A DNA stretch of 64,000 nt. It comes from Macrostomum lignano (lineage: Eukaryota). Shown one piece after another: positions 21,205-33,500 of this stretch. The stretch is from positions 122,051 to 186,050 of the forward strand of contig NIVC01002296.1 in NCBI GenBank assembly GCA_002269645.1, written 5' to 3'. The notes beneath the pieces are model-generated. The model searched no databases, had not been told where the DNA came from, and worked only from the letters and a program-made list of their open reading frames with translations. Both the position numbers and the translations under genes were made by a program. Each line of letters begins with the position of its first letter. The first letter of the stretch is position 1.

Positions 21205-22009
21205 AGTTCGGAGGTGGTGATGCAGTTGGTAAACGGACTCTGCTTGGCACCAAAAAGCGCCCACAAAAATTGGGAAAATATCCTGACAGCCATCGGCAGG
21301 CGCGCAGTCTCCCGCAGTTTTAAGAACTTGCAAACGCAGGCACAGGGCAGCACATGCAGTGTGGTGTCTGCGGCACAAGTACTTATGACCGGCTGGGAGG
21401 CGGGAAATGTGGCGACTTACCCCGGAAGCCAAGCCGAATGGGATCTTATGGGATCCTCAGGCCGATCTTCCCAATGAGAACACGGACTCCGATCCCAGCT
21501 CGGCTGAGCTCGCCAATTTATCCCCAGAAAGATCAACTCGGGGGCAGTGCGGGCCAGGAGTTCCACCTGCGCTGAGTCCCTGCTCCAATCACGGCTACCA
21601 GTGCAGCAGTAGGGAGGAGTCTCCGCTGCCACCTGCCTCGATCCCCGACTCAAACAGCTCCGCGTGTGATCTGCGCCGCCACCCCCTTCCCCGCTGCCGC
21701 AGACCCGGCGCTGTCCCCGATCCGGCCCAGGGCATTCCTCAGAAACGGCTCCCCAAGCAATGCCTGCTTCAGAGAAAAAGCATAAACTGCATGCATTACG
21801 GCCGCAGGTGTTTTCTGTTCGGCTTTAAAATATAAAATTTATTTCTTTAAAATGTAACTTTTGCTTGGCACCGCGATTAACCATTCGGCGCTAATCGATC
21901 GGTATTCGTTCGGCAGCTGATTCCGGGTTAACTAACCGGTGGCGCTGCCATGCGGGCAGGATTAGCGTACAGCTTCGGCTGTGCACACTGCAAATCTGCA
22001 TGGCTCCTT

Positions 22010-22290
22010 GGCGCCAGAATGACCAGCTGTGGCGCCAGAATGACCAGCTGAGGAGCCAGAATGACCAGTTGGGATGCCAGAATGATAAGCTGTGGTGCCA
22101 GATTAAGCAGTTGTGGCGCCAGAATGACCAGCTGTGGCGCCAGAAAAAGCAACTGAGGCAGAATAAGCAGCTGAGGCGCCAGAATGAGTAACTGAGGCGC
22201 CAGAATGAGTAACTGAGGCGCCAGAATAGGCAGCTGAGGCGCCAGAAAAGGCAACTGAGGCGCCAGAATGACCATCTGAGGCATCAGAAT
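22010..22290. repeat. ~21-bp degenerate minisatellite (GGCGCCAGAATGACCAGCTGT)
   Basis: Direct reading. Confidence 0.9.
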
Positions 22291-23359
22291 GAGCACCTAT
22301 GGTACTTATTTGGCAAATTATGACCTTCCAATTATGAAGGTATGTTATTAATTTTAGTACAAAATAAATGATCCAAAGAAAGGTAAATAAGCAGAGTTAT
22401 AATTGTCAAATCACCGATAACAATGGAGAAAGTAAAACAAACAAACAGGTTTATTTGATTTGCATAAAAAAACAATGCTATTTCTAAGACCGCGATAATG
22501 AGTGACAAACCGCATGCGAAGGGCCAAAACATTCTAACGGCGAGCAGCAACCTTGGGGCCGAAACACGAGCGAGGAAGATGCCGCTAATTAATGGATTAA
22601 TCAGGTGCTGCACAGTGGCAGCGAGCTATCTAGTCTAGAGCAATTATATTGGCACGGCGGACCGAGTTGATTATTTAGTCAGGATTTTGATTTCTAGCAA
22701 ATTAATTAAATAAGTAATAAAATATGTACGGACTGCTACAGTGGGCTCTGCATGGCAGCATGGGGTTTCACTGTCATAACAAGGAACATGACAGTCATAA
22801 CAGGAACATAACAGTCATAACAGGAACATAACAGGAACATAACGGTCATAACAGGAACAGGACAATCAGAACAGGACATTTATAACATTCAACACTGTAA
22901 AATTTGATTAGCAAAAACAGCCACAATATAAGGAAAAAATTGCAGTGAAAAATGTTTTGAGGAAAAACACATGGGGGACAACAGAAAAACTGGCATCCAA
23001 AAACCCGGGGTGCATTGTGCAAAAATTGGACACAGGAAAACAAAGACCTGCACAAAATGGAAGAACATTTTTTAGAAAAACGGGGACAAAGACAAAGTGA
23101 ATTGAAATTATAGAACATCATAAAATGGAGCCATTTTGCATAATAGGCAAGCAAAAACGACTACCCTGTGAATCTGTGACGAAATCAACTCCGCCGGAAC
23201 AAAGACTAAATGAGCTACAAAATAACAGCTTTGAGACCGCAAGGAAGCAAAGAGATGGCTGCGCTGTGACTTCACATCGAAACAACAATAACGCTGAGTA
23301 AAAAGTTTTCACCTAAATTCTGACTAATTTATAAAGTAGCGGGTGGCCGTTCGCTAAGT

Positions 23360-24430
23360 GAACTCTGGGAAATCTCGGGGTGAATCCAGAGAAATCTCGG
23401 GGTGAATCCAGGGAAATCTCCGGGTGAATCCACAGAAATCTCCGGGTGAATCCAGAGAAATCTCCGGGTGAATCCAGAGAAATCTCCGGGTGAATCCAGA
23501 GAAATCTCCGGGTAAATCCAAGGAAATCTTAGGGTGAATCCAGAGAAATATTAGGGTTAATCCAAGGAAATCTCAGGGTAAATCCAGAGAAATCTTGAGG
23601 TGAATCCAGGGAAATCTCTGGGTGAATCCAGAGAAATCTCCGGGTGAATCCACAGAAATCTCCGAGTAAATCCAAGGAAATCTTAAGGTGAATCCAGAGA
23701 AATTTCGGTTAATCAAAGGAAATCTCAGGGGGAATCCAAGGAAATCTCAGGGGGAATTCAGAGAAATCTCCGGGTTAATCCAAGGAAATCTCACCGTAAA
23801 TCCAAGGAAATCTTAGGGTGAATTCAGGGAAATCTCAGGGGGAATCCCGGAAAATCTCGGGGTGAATTCAGGGAAATCTCAGGGGGAATCCCGGAAAATC
23901 TCGGGGTGAATTCAGGGAAATCTCAGGGTGAATCCAGGGAAATTTCCGGGTGAATTCAGGGAAATCTCCGGGTAAATCCAGGGAAATCTCCGGGAATATC
24001 CAGGGAAATCTTAGGGCGAATCCAGAGAAATCTCAGGGGAATCCGGGGAAGTCTAAGAATGGACCCAGAGAAATCTCAGGGTGAATCCGGGGAAGTCTAA
24101 GAATGGACCCAGGGAAATCTCAGGGGAATCCGGGGAAGCCTAAGAATGGACCCAGGGAAATCTCAGGGGAATCCGGGGAAGCCTAAGAATGGACCCAGAG
24201 AAATCTCAGGGTGAATCCGGGGAAGTCTAAGAATGGACCCAGGGAAATCTCAGGGGAATCCGGGGAAGCCTAAGAATGGACCCAGGGAAATCTCAGGGGA
24301 ATCCGGGGAAGCCTAAGAATGGACCCAGGGAAATCTCAGGGGAATCCGGGGAAGCCTAAGAATGGACCCAGAGAAATCTCAGGGTGAATCCGGGGAAGTC
24401 TAAGAATGGACCCAGGGAAATCTCAGGGGA
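23360..24430. repeat. Compound minisatellite: ~22-bp GAAATCTCCGGGTGAATCCAGA grading into a ~43-bp unit containing CTAAGAATGGACCCA
   Basis: Direct reading. Confidence 0.9.
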
Positions 24431-24557
24431 ATCGGGTCAGGGATTGTCAGGAATTCTAATGGAGTCAGTGACGAATACAGAACAGGCTAGGAAGATGGCA
24501 CAACACCCAAACGGAAGACATGGCAATTGGCTAACAAGTGAGTCAATGAGTGGACAA

Positions 24558-27500
24558 TCACAGCTCCACTTTGTCCTCGCTGGTCATGTACTTGACGAAC
24601 TCGGCCGCCTCCCTGCCGCCAGCATAGTCGGTGGCCCGCTTGCCGAAGTAATAGTGCTTGATGGTGGGGTAGCCGCTTACGCCCTCCGCCTGGCACAGCG
24701 CCGAGTTCTCCCCGCTGGTGCAGTCCACCGCCGCCAGCGCCGTCTTGGGCGCGGAGGCCGCCAGCTCGGCTGCCGCCTTGGTGAACTCCGGCTTGGCCCG
24801 CTTGCAGTGGCCGCACCCTGCGGCGGGGCGGAGCGGCGGAGATGGACTGGGAGGCTCAATGGCGAAAGGGCGAAAGGGACGGATGAACGGGAAAAGGGGC
24901 GGATAAGGAGGAGAAGGGGCGGATAAGGAGGAGAAGGGGCGGATAACCAGAAGGGGCGGATGAATAGGAGAAGGGGCGGATAAACAGGAGAAGGGGCGGA
25001 TGAAAAAAAGGGGCGGATGAAAAGGAGAAGGGGCGGATAAACAGGAGAAGGGGCGGATGAAAAGAAGGGGCGGATGAAAAGGAGAAGGGGCGGATAAACA
25101 GAAGGGTGGATAAACAGGAGAAGGGGCCGAGGAACAGGTGAAGCAGCGGATAAACAGGAGAAGGGGGCGAGGAACAGGTGAAGCAGCGGATAAACAGGAG
25201 AAGGGGCGGATGAACAGGTGAAGCAGCGGGTAAACAGGAGAAGGGGCGGATAAAAAGGAGAAGGGGCGGAGGAACAGGTGAAGCAGCGGGTAACAGGAGA
25301 AGGGGCGGATGAACAGGTGAAGCAGCGGATAAACAGGAGAAGGGGCGGAGGAACAGGTGAAGCAGCGGATAAACAGGAGAAGGGGGCGAGGAACAGGTGA
25401 AGCAGCGGATAAACAGGAGAAGGGGCGGATGAACAGGTGAAGCAGCGGGTAAACAGGAGAAGGGGCGGATAAAAAGGAGAAGGGGCGGAGGAACAGGTGA
25501 AGCAGCGGGTAACAGGAGAAGGGGCGGATGAACAGGTGAAGCAGCGGATAAACAGGAGAAGGGGCGGAGGAACAGGTGAAGCAGCGGGTAACAGGAGAAG
25601 GGGCGGATGAACAGGTGAAGCAGCGGATAAACAGGAGAAGGGGCGGAGGAACAGGTGAAGCAGCGGGTAACAGGAGAAGGGGCGGATGAACAGGTGAAGC
25701 AGCGGATAAACAGGAGAAGGGGCGGAGGAACAGGTGAAGCAGCGGGTAACAGGAGAAGGGGCGGATGAACAGGTGAAGCAGCGGATAAACAGGAGAAGGG
25801 GCGGAGGAACAGGTGAAGCAGCGGGTAAACAGGAGAAGGGGCGGAGGAACAGGTGAAGCAGCGGGTAAACAGGAGAAGGGGCGGAGGAACAGGTGAAGAA
25901 GCGGATGAAGGAATGAAGAGACGGATAAGCGAAAGACCAGAAGAATGCAGCTTTCCCATAGGAACAGGGAACAGTTAACCAAGGTCAGTTGAGCACAATT
26001 CGCATCGAACTCACAGGGCGCATAGAACATCACCAGAGTGCGGCGCTTCTTCTTGAGAAAGTCGGCAAAGTTGCCGTGGGCCAGGTGGTGCACCTCGCTG
26101 GGCTCCTCGGACCATGGCACCTCGACTGGCGGCGGCGGCGGTTCCTTGGGGCTGGAGGGGTTGGAAGATGAAGGATTCTGGCTGATGAGGCGGGTTGACA
26201 ATCACTTTGAAAAGGGGACTCAGCATCTCTACTCTCAACTCACTCTTTCATGAACTCAACGATTTTGTCTTCGGCCCGCTCGTTGAAGTCAAATTTGTAC
26301 TCGGCATTTCTGGAAATGCGATTGACGTCAGTGAGTGGCATGTTGACTGTAATCCGCGTTAATTATCACACTCAGCAGGTGTGAGTTCACTGACGAGTAC
26401 TGGTTGTAAAGTAACAGGGGTTAAACCATGCTTAAAAGTATTCTGCAGTTGAGCTCACCTGTGAGCTGTCAATCATAATCACCTCAGTCAGTTGAGCTCA
26501 CCTGTGAGCTGTCAATCATAATCACCTCAGTCAGTTGAGCTCACCTGTGAGCTGTCAATCATAATCACCTCAGTCAGTTGAGCTCACCTGTGAGCTGTCA
26601 ATCATAATCACCTCAGTCAGTTGAGCTCACCTGTGAGCTGTCAATCATAATCACCTCAGTCAGTTAAGCTCACCTGTGAGCTGTCAATCATAATCACCTC
26701 AGTCAGTTGAGCTCACCTGTGAGCTGTCAATCATAATCACCTCAGTCAGTTGAGCTCACCTGTGAGCTGTCAATCATAATCATCTCAGTCAGTTGAGCTA
26801 ACCTGTGAGCTGTCAATCATAATCATCTCAGTCAGTTGAGCTCACCTGTGAGCTGTCAATCATAATCACTTCAGTCAGTTGAGCTCACCTGTGAGCTGTC
26901 AATCATAATCACCTCAGTCAGTTGAGCTCACCTGTGAGCTGTCAATCATAATCACCTCAGTCAGTTGAGCTCACCTGTGAGCTGTCAATCATAATCACCT
27001 CAGTCAGTTGAGCTCATCTGTGAGCTGTCAATCATAATCACCTCAGTCAGTTGAGCTCATCTGTGAGCTGTCAATCATAATCACCTCAGTCAGTTGAGCT
27101 CATCTGTGAGCTGTCAATCATAATCACCTCAGTCAGTTGAGCTCATCTGTGAGCTGTCAATCATAATCACCTCAGTCAGTTGAGCTCACCTGTGAGCTGT
27201 CAATCATAATCACCTCAGTCAGTTGAGCTCACCTGTGAGCTGTCAATCATAATCACCTCAGTCAGTTGAGCTCATCTGTGAGCTGTCAATCATAATCACC
27301 TCAGTCAGTTGAGCTCACCTGTGAGCTGTCAATCATAATCACCTCAGTCAGTTGAGCTCATCTGTGAGCTGTCAATCATAATCACCTCAGTCAGTTGAGC
27401 TCATCTGTGAGCTGTCAATCATAATCACCTCAGTCAGTTGAGCTCACCTGTGAGCTGTCAATCATAATCACCTCAGTCAGTTGAGCTCATCTGTGAGCTG

Positions 27501-30500
27501 TCAATCATAATCACCTCAGTCAGTTTAGCTCACCTGTGAGCTGCTGTCAATCATGTCAACCTGACACATTTTGGTTTACACATATGGACACTTACTGGAC
27601 ATTAACATAAATTAACATTCACAAGGTTATGCACTAAAAATAATACTAGGACCAAACAAAAACATAAAGCAAAATAAAATAGTTTAAACGCATTCATATT
27701 GAACTACTAGCAATGCGGTCTTAGTAAGTAGTATTGTTTAATGCAAATTTAAGCGTGCGGTGCGATATTAGAGAATATTGGGAGCAACAAGTAAACTACT
27801 GCTACGATACTACTGACAACAATGCCGAGAAACTCACTGGAAATATTTCACTGAAACGAAAAACAGAAATTTAGTCTGTTAAATTCATCGTCTTTTTTGC
27901 AGAGAAGACTGGCAAAGCACTGCAGATATTGAGACAGATCGGAGCATTCGGCATGGACAGGAAAACCCAGGCTGGATTCGGGCTTCTCACACCCGCCACC
28001 ACGGCAACTGGTGAGCTTTTGATGTGGACTTAAATTCGGGATTCCCAGCTGTGGGATATTCGGGATTCTCTGTGGGATATTCGGGATTCTCAGCTGTGGG
28101 ATATTCGGGATTCTCCGTGGGGTATTTGGGATTCTCAGCTGTGGGATATTCGGGATTCTCTGTGGGATATTCGGGATTCTCAGCTGTGGGATATTCAGGA
28201 TTCCCAGCTGTGGGATATTCGGGATTCTCTGTGGGATATTCGGGATTCTCAGCTGTGGGATATTCGGGATTCTCTGTGGGATATTCGGGATTCTCAGCTG
28301 TGGGATATTCAGGATTCCCAGCTGTGGGATATTCGGGATTCTCTGTGGGATATTCGGGATTCTCAGCTGTGGGATATTCAGGATTCTCAGCTGTGGGATA
28401 TTCGGGATTCCCAGCTGTGGGATATTCAGGATTCCCAGCTGTGGGATATTCGGGATTCTCTGTGGGATATTCGGGATTCTCAGCTGTGGGATATTCGGGA
28501 TTCTCTGTGGGATATTCGGGATTCTCAGCTGTGGGATATTCAGGATTCCCAGCTGTGGGATATTCGGGATTCTCTGTGGGATATTCGGGATTCTCAGCTG
28601 TGGGATATTCAGGATTCTCAGCTGTGGGATATTCGGGATTCCCAGCTGTGGGATATTCGGGATTCTCTGTGGGATATTCGGGATTCCCAGCTGTGGGATA
28701 TTCGGGATTCTCTGTGGGATATTCGGGATTCCCAGCTGTGGGATATTCGGGATTATCTGTGGGATATTCGGGATTCCCAGCTGTGGGATATTCGGGATTT
28801 TTCTGTGGGATATTCGGGATTCCCAGCTGTGGGATATTCGGGATTCTCTGTGGGATATTCGGGATTCCCAGCTGTGGGATATTCGGGATTCTCTGTGGGA
28901 TATTCGGGATTCTCAGCTGTGGGATATTCGGGATTCTCCGTGGGATATTCGAGGGATTCTCAGCTGTGGGATATTCGGGATTCTCCGTGGGGTATTCGGG
29001 ATTCTCAGCTGTGGGATATTCGGGATTCTCTGTGGGGTATTTGGGATTCTCAGCTGTGGGATATTCAGGATTCCCAGCTGTGGGATATTCGGGATTCTCT
29101 GTGGGATATTCGGGATTCCCAGCTGTGGGATATTCGGGATTCTCTGTGAGATATTCGGGATTCTCTGTGAGATATTCGGGATTCTCAGCTGTGGGATATT
29201 CGGGATTCTCCGTGGGATATTCGAGGGATTCTCAGCTGTGGGATATTCGGGATTCTCAGCTGTGGGATATTCGGGATTCTCAGCTGTGGGATATTCGGGA
29301 TTCTCTGTGGGATATTTGGGGGAGTCTCAGCTGTGGGATATTCGGGATTCTCAGCTGTGGGATATTCGGGATTCTCAGCTGTGGGATATTCGGGATTCTC
29401 AGCTGTGGGATATTTGGGGGATTCTCAGCTGTGGGTATTTGGGATTCTCAGCTGTGGGATATTCGGGATTCTCAGCTGTGGGATATTCGGGATTCTCAGC
29501 TGTGGGATATTCGGGATTCTCAGCTGTGGGATATTCGAGATTCTCAGCTGTGGGATATTTGGGGGATTCTCAGCTGTGGGTATTTGGGATTCTCAGCTGT
29601 GGGATATTCGGGATTCTCAGCTGTGGGATATTCGGGATTCCCAGCTGTGGGATATTCGGGATTCTCAGCTGTGGGATATTCGGGATTCTCAGCTGTGGGA
29701 TATTCGGGATTCTCAGCTGTGGGATATTCGGGATTCTCAGCTGTGGGATATTCGGGATTCTCAGCTGTGGGATATTCGGGATTCTCAGCTGTGGGATATT
29801 CGGGATTCTCAGCTGTGGGATATTCGGGATTCTCAGCTGTGGGATATTCGGGATTCTCAGCTGTGGGATATTCGGGATTCTCTGTGGGATATTCGGGATT
29901 CTCAGCTGTGGGATATTCGGGATTCTCTGTGGGATATTCGGGATTCTCTGTGGGATATTTGGGGGATTCTCATCTGTGGGATACTTGGGGGATTTTCAGC
30001 TGTGGGATATTTGGGGATTCTCAGCTGTGGGATATTTGGGGGATTCTCAGCTGTGGGATATTTGGGGGATTCTCAGCTGTGGGATATTTGGGGGATTCTC
30101 ATCTGTGGGATACTTGGGGGATTCTCAGCTGTGGGATATTTGGGGGATTCTCAGCTGTGGGATATTTGGGGATTCTCAGCTGTGGGATATTTGGGGGATT
30201 CTCAGCTGTGGGATATTTGGGGGATTTTCAGCTGTGGGATATTTGGGGATTCTCAGCTGTGGGATATTTGGGGGATTCTCAGCTGTGGGATATTTGGGGG
30301 ATTCTCAGCTGTGGAATATTTGGGGGATTCTCAGCTGTGGGATATTTGGGGGATTCTCAGCTGTGGGATATTTGGGGGATTCTCAGCTGTGGGATATTTG
30401 GGGGATTCTCAGCTGTGGGATATTTGGGGGATTCTCAGCTGTGGGATATTCAAAGCACAATTAGTTGAAATTTCCAAAGTCAGAAACAAAACACCAAATG

Positions 30501-33500
30501 CACAGGTAATTCCCTGACCTAATTAGAAACGCCTTATTATAGGTAATTAAATTTTGAGTCGTCTCACCGGAAGGAAATCCCGTGACATTGAACTGTTCGG
30601 CAGTTTTTCGATATTTGGTGGCGTCCACAGCGGCCAGCAGGCCGGGGATGCCCAGCTGCTTCAGCTGCTGAGCCGCCGCCTGATAGGCCGGCTTCATCGC
30701 CTTGCAGTGGCCGCACCCTGCGGGAGGCGGCGGTTTAAGCGATTGGAGAATGGAGAACTGGGAGTGGGAAAGGAGCTGATTGGCTATGGGAAAATAGGGG
30801 ATTTCGAATGGGGAAATAGGGGATTTCGAGATGTGAAAATAATATTCGGGGATGGGAAAAGAAGAGAATAATGAATTTTTTTAAAGGAGATCTGCACATG
30901 GGAAATCGAATGATTTGGGGAAGGGAAAATAGGGGATTTGGGGATGGGAAAATGGGGGCTTAGGGATTGAAAAAAACTGCATTTAGAAATGAGAAAATGA
31001 GATTTGGGAATGGGAAAATAAAAGATTTGGGATTAGAAAATATGAGATTTGAGTGTGAGAAAAAGGGAGATTCTGGGATGGGAAAACAGAACAGATGATT
31101 TAGGGATGAGAAAATTGGAGCTTCGGAGATGGGAAAAGACGGGATTTTGGGATGGGACGGTGGGGGATTTTGTGATTGGAAAATAGGATTGGGATCTCAA
31201 AAAAAGAAAATTGAGTTGTGCAAAGAACGGGCGAGTCCCCATCCAGAGATCGCTCAGACTACTCACAGGGCGCATAAAACATGACGAGAGCCGAGCTCTG
31301 CTGGGCCAGGCTGGTCACAAAGTTATTATCGGTGAGAAACTTCACGTCGGGAGCCTCCTCCGCCCAGTCCTTCTCAGGCTCCGGCGCTTTCGGCGGCGTG
31401 GGGCTGGCGGCGGGTTTTTAGGGGCGACAAAAAATGTTCAGACCGACAATAAACCCTACTTGCTACTGCCGAGAGTAGTCTAATAACAAGCAGTAATGAA
31501 TTACTTTTTCAGCCAGCTCAAGATTCCGTCTTTGGTGAAAGTGCCGCCATAGGGAATGGGCTCGTTGCCTCTGGAAGCGAAGCAGCAGTTTAGCACAGAA
31601 TTGAAGTCAATAGTAGAAATTATGTTTATAGATACAACAGTCTCACTTAATGTAGATAATGGTGGGGTAGCCGGTGATGTTGAAGGCCTGGCGAATGCCG
31701 GCGTTCTCCTCCCTGTCCACGTCCATGGCGGCCAGGACCTGCCAGTGCGGTTCGGCCGTGTCGGACATTCGGTAAGGATTTCTACAGGTGATGAGCTCAG
31801 GGTAGGGAATTCCTTATGAGTGGAGAATTTCCTATGCAATTCTTTCTTAGTGGCGAATCAACTCTAGGGGAATTCCTTCTAGATAGGGAATTTATTTAGA
31901 GGAGTTCATACAAGGTAGGAAAATTTAGAGGAATTTCTCTTGAGTGGGGAATCCCAAGGGAATTCATTCTCAGAGGTGAATCCCAAGGGAATTTATTCTC
32001 AGAGGGGAATCTCAAGGGAATACATTCTCAGAGGGGAATCCCAAGGGAATTCATTCTCAGAGGGGAATCCCAAGGGAATTCATTCTCAGAGGGGAATCCC
32101 AAGGGAATTCATTCTGACTGGGGAATCCCAATGGGAATTCTTTCTGACTAGGGAATCCCAGGGGAAATTCATTCTGGGTGGAATCCCAAGGGAATTCATT
32201 CTCAGAGGGGAATCCCAAGGGAATTCATTCTCAGAGGGGAATCCCAATGGAATTCATTCTCAAGGGGGAATCCCAAAGGAATTCATTCTCAGAGGGGAAT
32301 CCCAAGGGAATTAATTCTCAGAGGGGAATCCCAATGGAATTCATTCTCAAGGGGGAATCCCAAGGGAATTCATTCTGACTGGGGAATCCCAATGGGAATT
32401 CTTTCTGACTAGGGAATCCCAGGGGAAATTCATTCTGGGTAGGGAATCTTCTACTAAGGAAATTCAACACGAGAGAAATTAAACGTTAGGAAAATTTTTG
32501 AGGAGGAATTTTTGGGAATCTTATGGTAACATCCAGGGAATGCATTTCGAACGTCAAGCTGGGGCAAGTCCAGCTCCAGCTCACAGTGTCCTTAGTCTCT
32601 GCAGCCGCGCTGGCGTACTCGGGCTTGAGCCGCTTGCAGTGGCCGCACCCTGCGGAGGCGAAGGGGGGGAATGCAGTGAAATCCGGCAGGACCTGTCAAT
32701 CACAATCGCAAACCAATCAGCCCAGAAGCTGCGCACTCACAGGGAGCGTAGAACATCAGCAGCACCGGCACGCGGGTCCGCTTGAACAGTTGCATCATTT
32801 CCTGTAAAATGCGCAAAGAAGCAACTTCAAACACTTCTTCAAGCTTTTAGCTAATTAGATTTTCCTATCAAGAAAGCATACGGCACCCTGCATTGTGTTC
32901 ACGTGATAATATAATAATAATAATTGATTACACCTGCTCTAATGGCCAGATGTACAACCGACAGCTCAGCCGCAGCTATTGGGGGGGGGGCGCATCTGAA
33001 GGCTGCGACGTACGCCTGTTCAGTTCAAGGACTGGGGGGGGGGTTGCCACACACCCTCAATTACCCCAGCTAATGCTGGCACCCATTTTACAGCTGGGTG
33101 AACTGAAGCAATGCAGAGTTAAGTGTCTTGCTCAAGGACGCAAATTGTTCCGAGTGGGTCGGGAATCGAACTCCCGACCTCCCAGTCGTGAGTCCAACGC
33201 TCTAACCACTGGGCTTCAACCCCTAAAGTGTCCACGTGAACAAACTCTGCATGAGACAGGCCAGGTGAACAGCTACTCTGCCTCCTGTCCACGTGAACAA
33301 ACTGCATGAGACAGGCCAGGTGAACAGCTACTCTGCCTCCTGTCCACGTGAACAAACTGCATGAGACAGGCCAGGTGAACAGCTACTCTGCCTCCTGTCC
33401 ACGTGAACAAACTGCATGAGACAGGCCAGGTGAACAGCTACTCTGCCTCCTGTCCACGTGAACAAACTGCATGAGACAGGCCAGGTGAACAGCTACTCTG

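Noticed and set aside
28024-30517. 814-, 408- and 394-aa ORFs (VGYSGFSA, LWDIRDSQ repeats)
   Set aside because: Translations of an intronic minisatellite, antisense to PDIA5; open in several frames only because the unit lacks stops.
33150-33225. tRNA gene
   Set aside because: A and B boxes are present, but the sequence continues into a CORE-like domain and simple-repeat tail with a TSD, so it is a SINE head.
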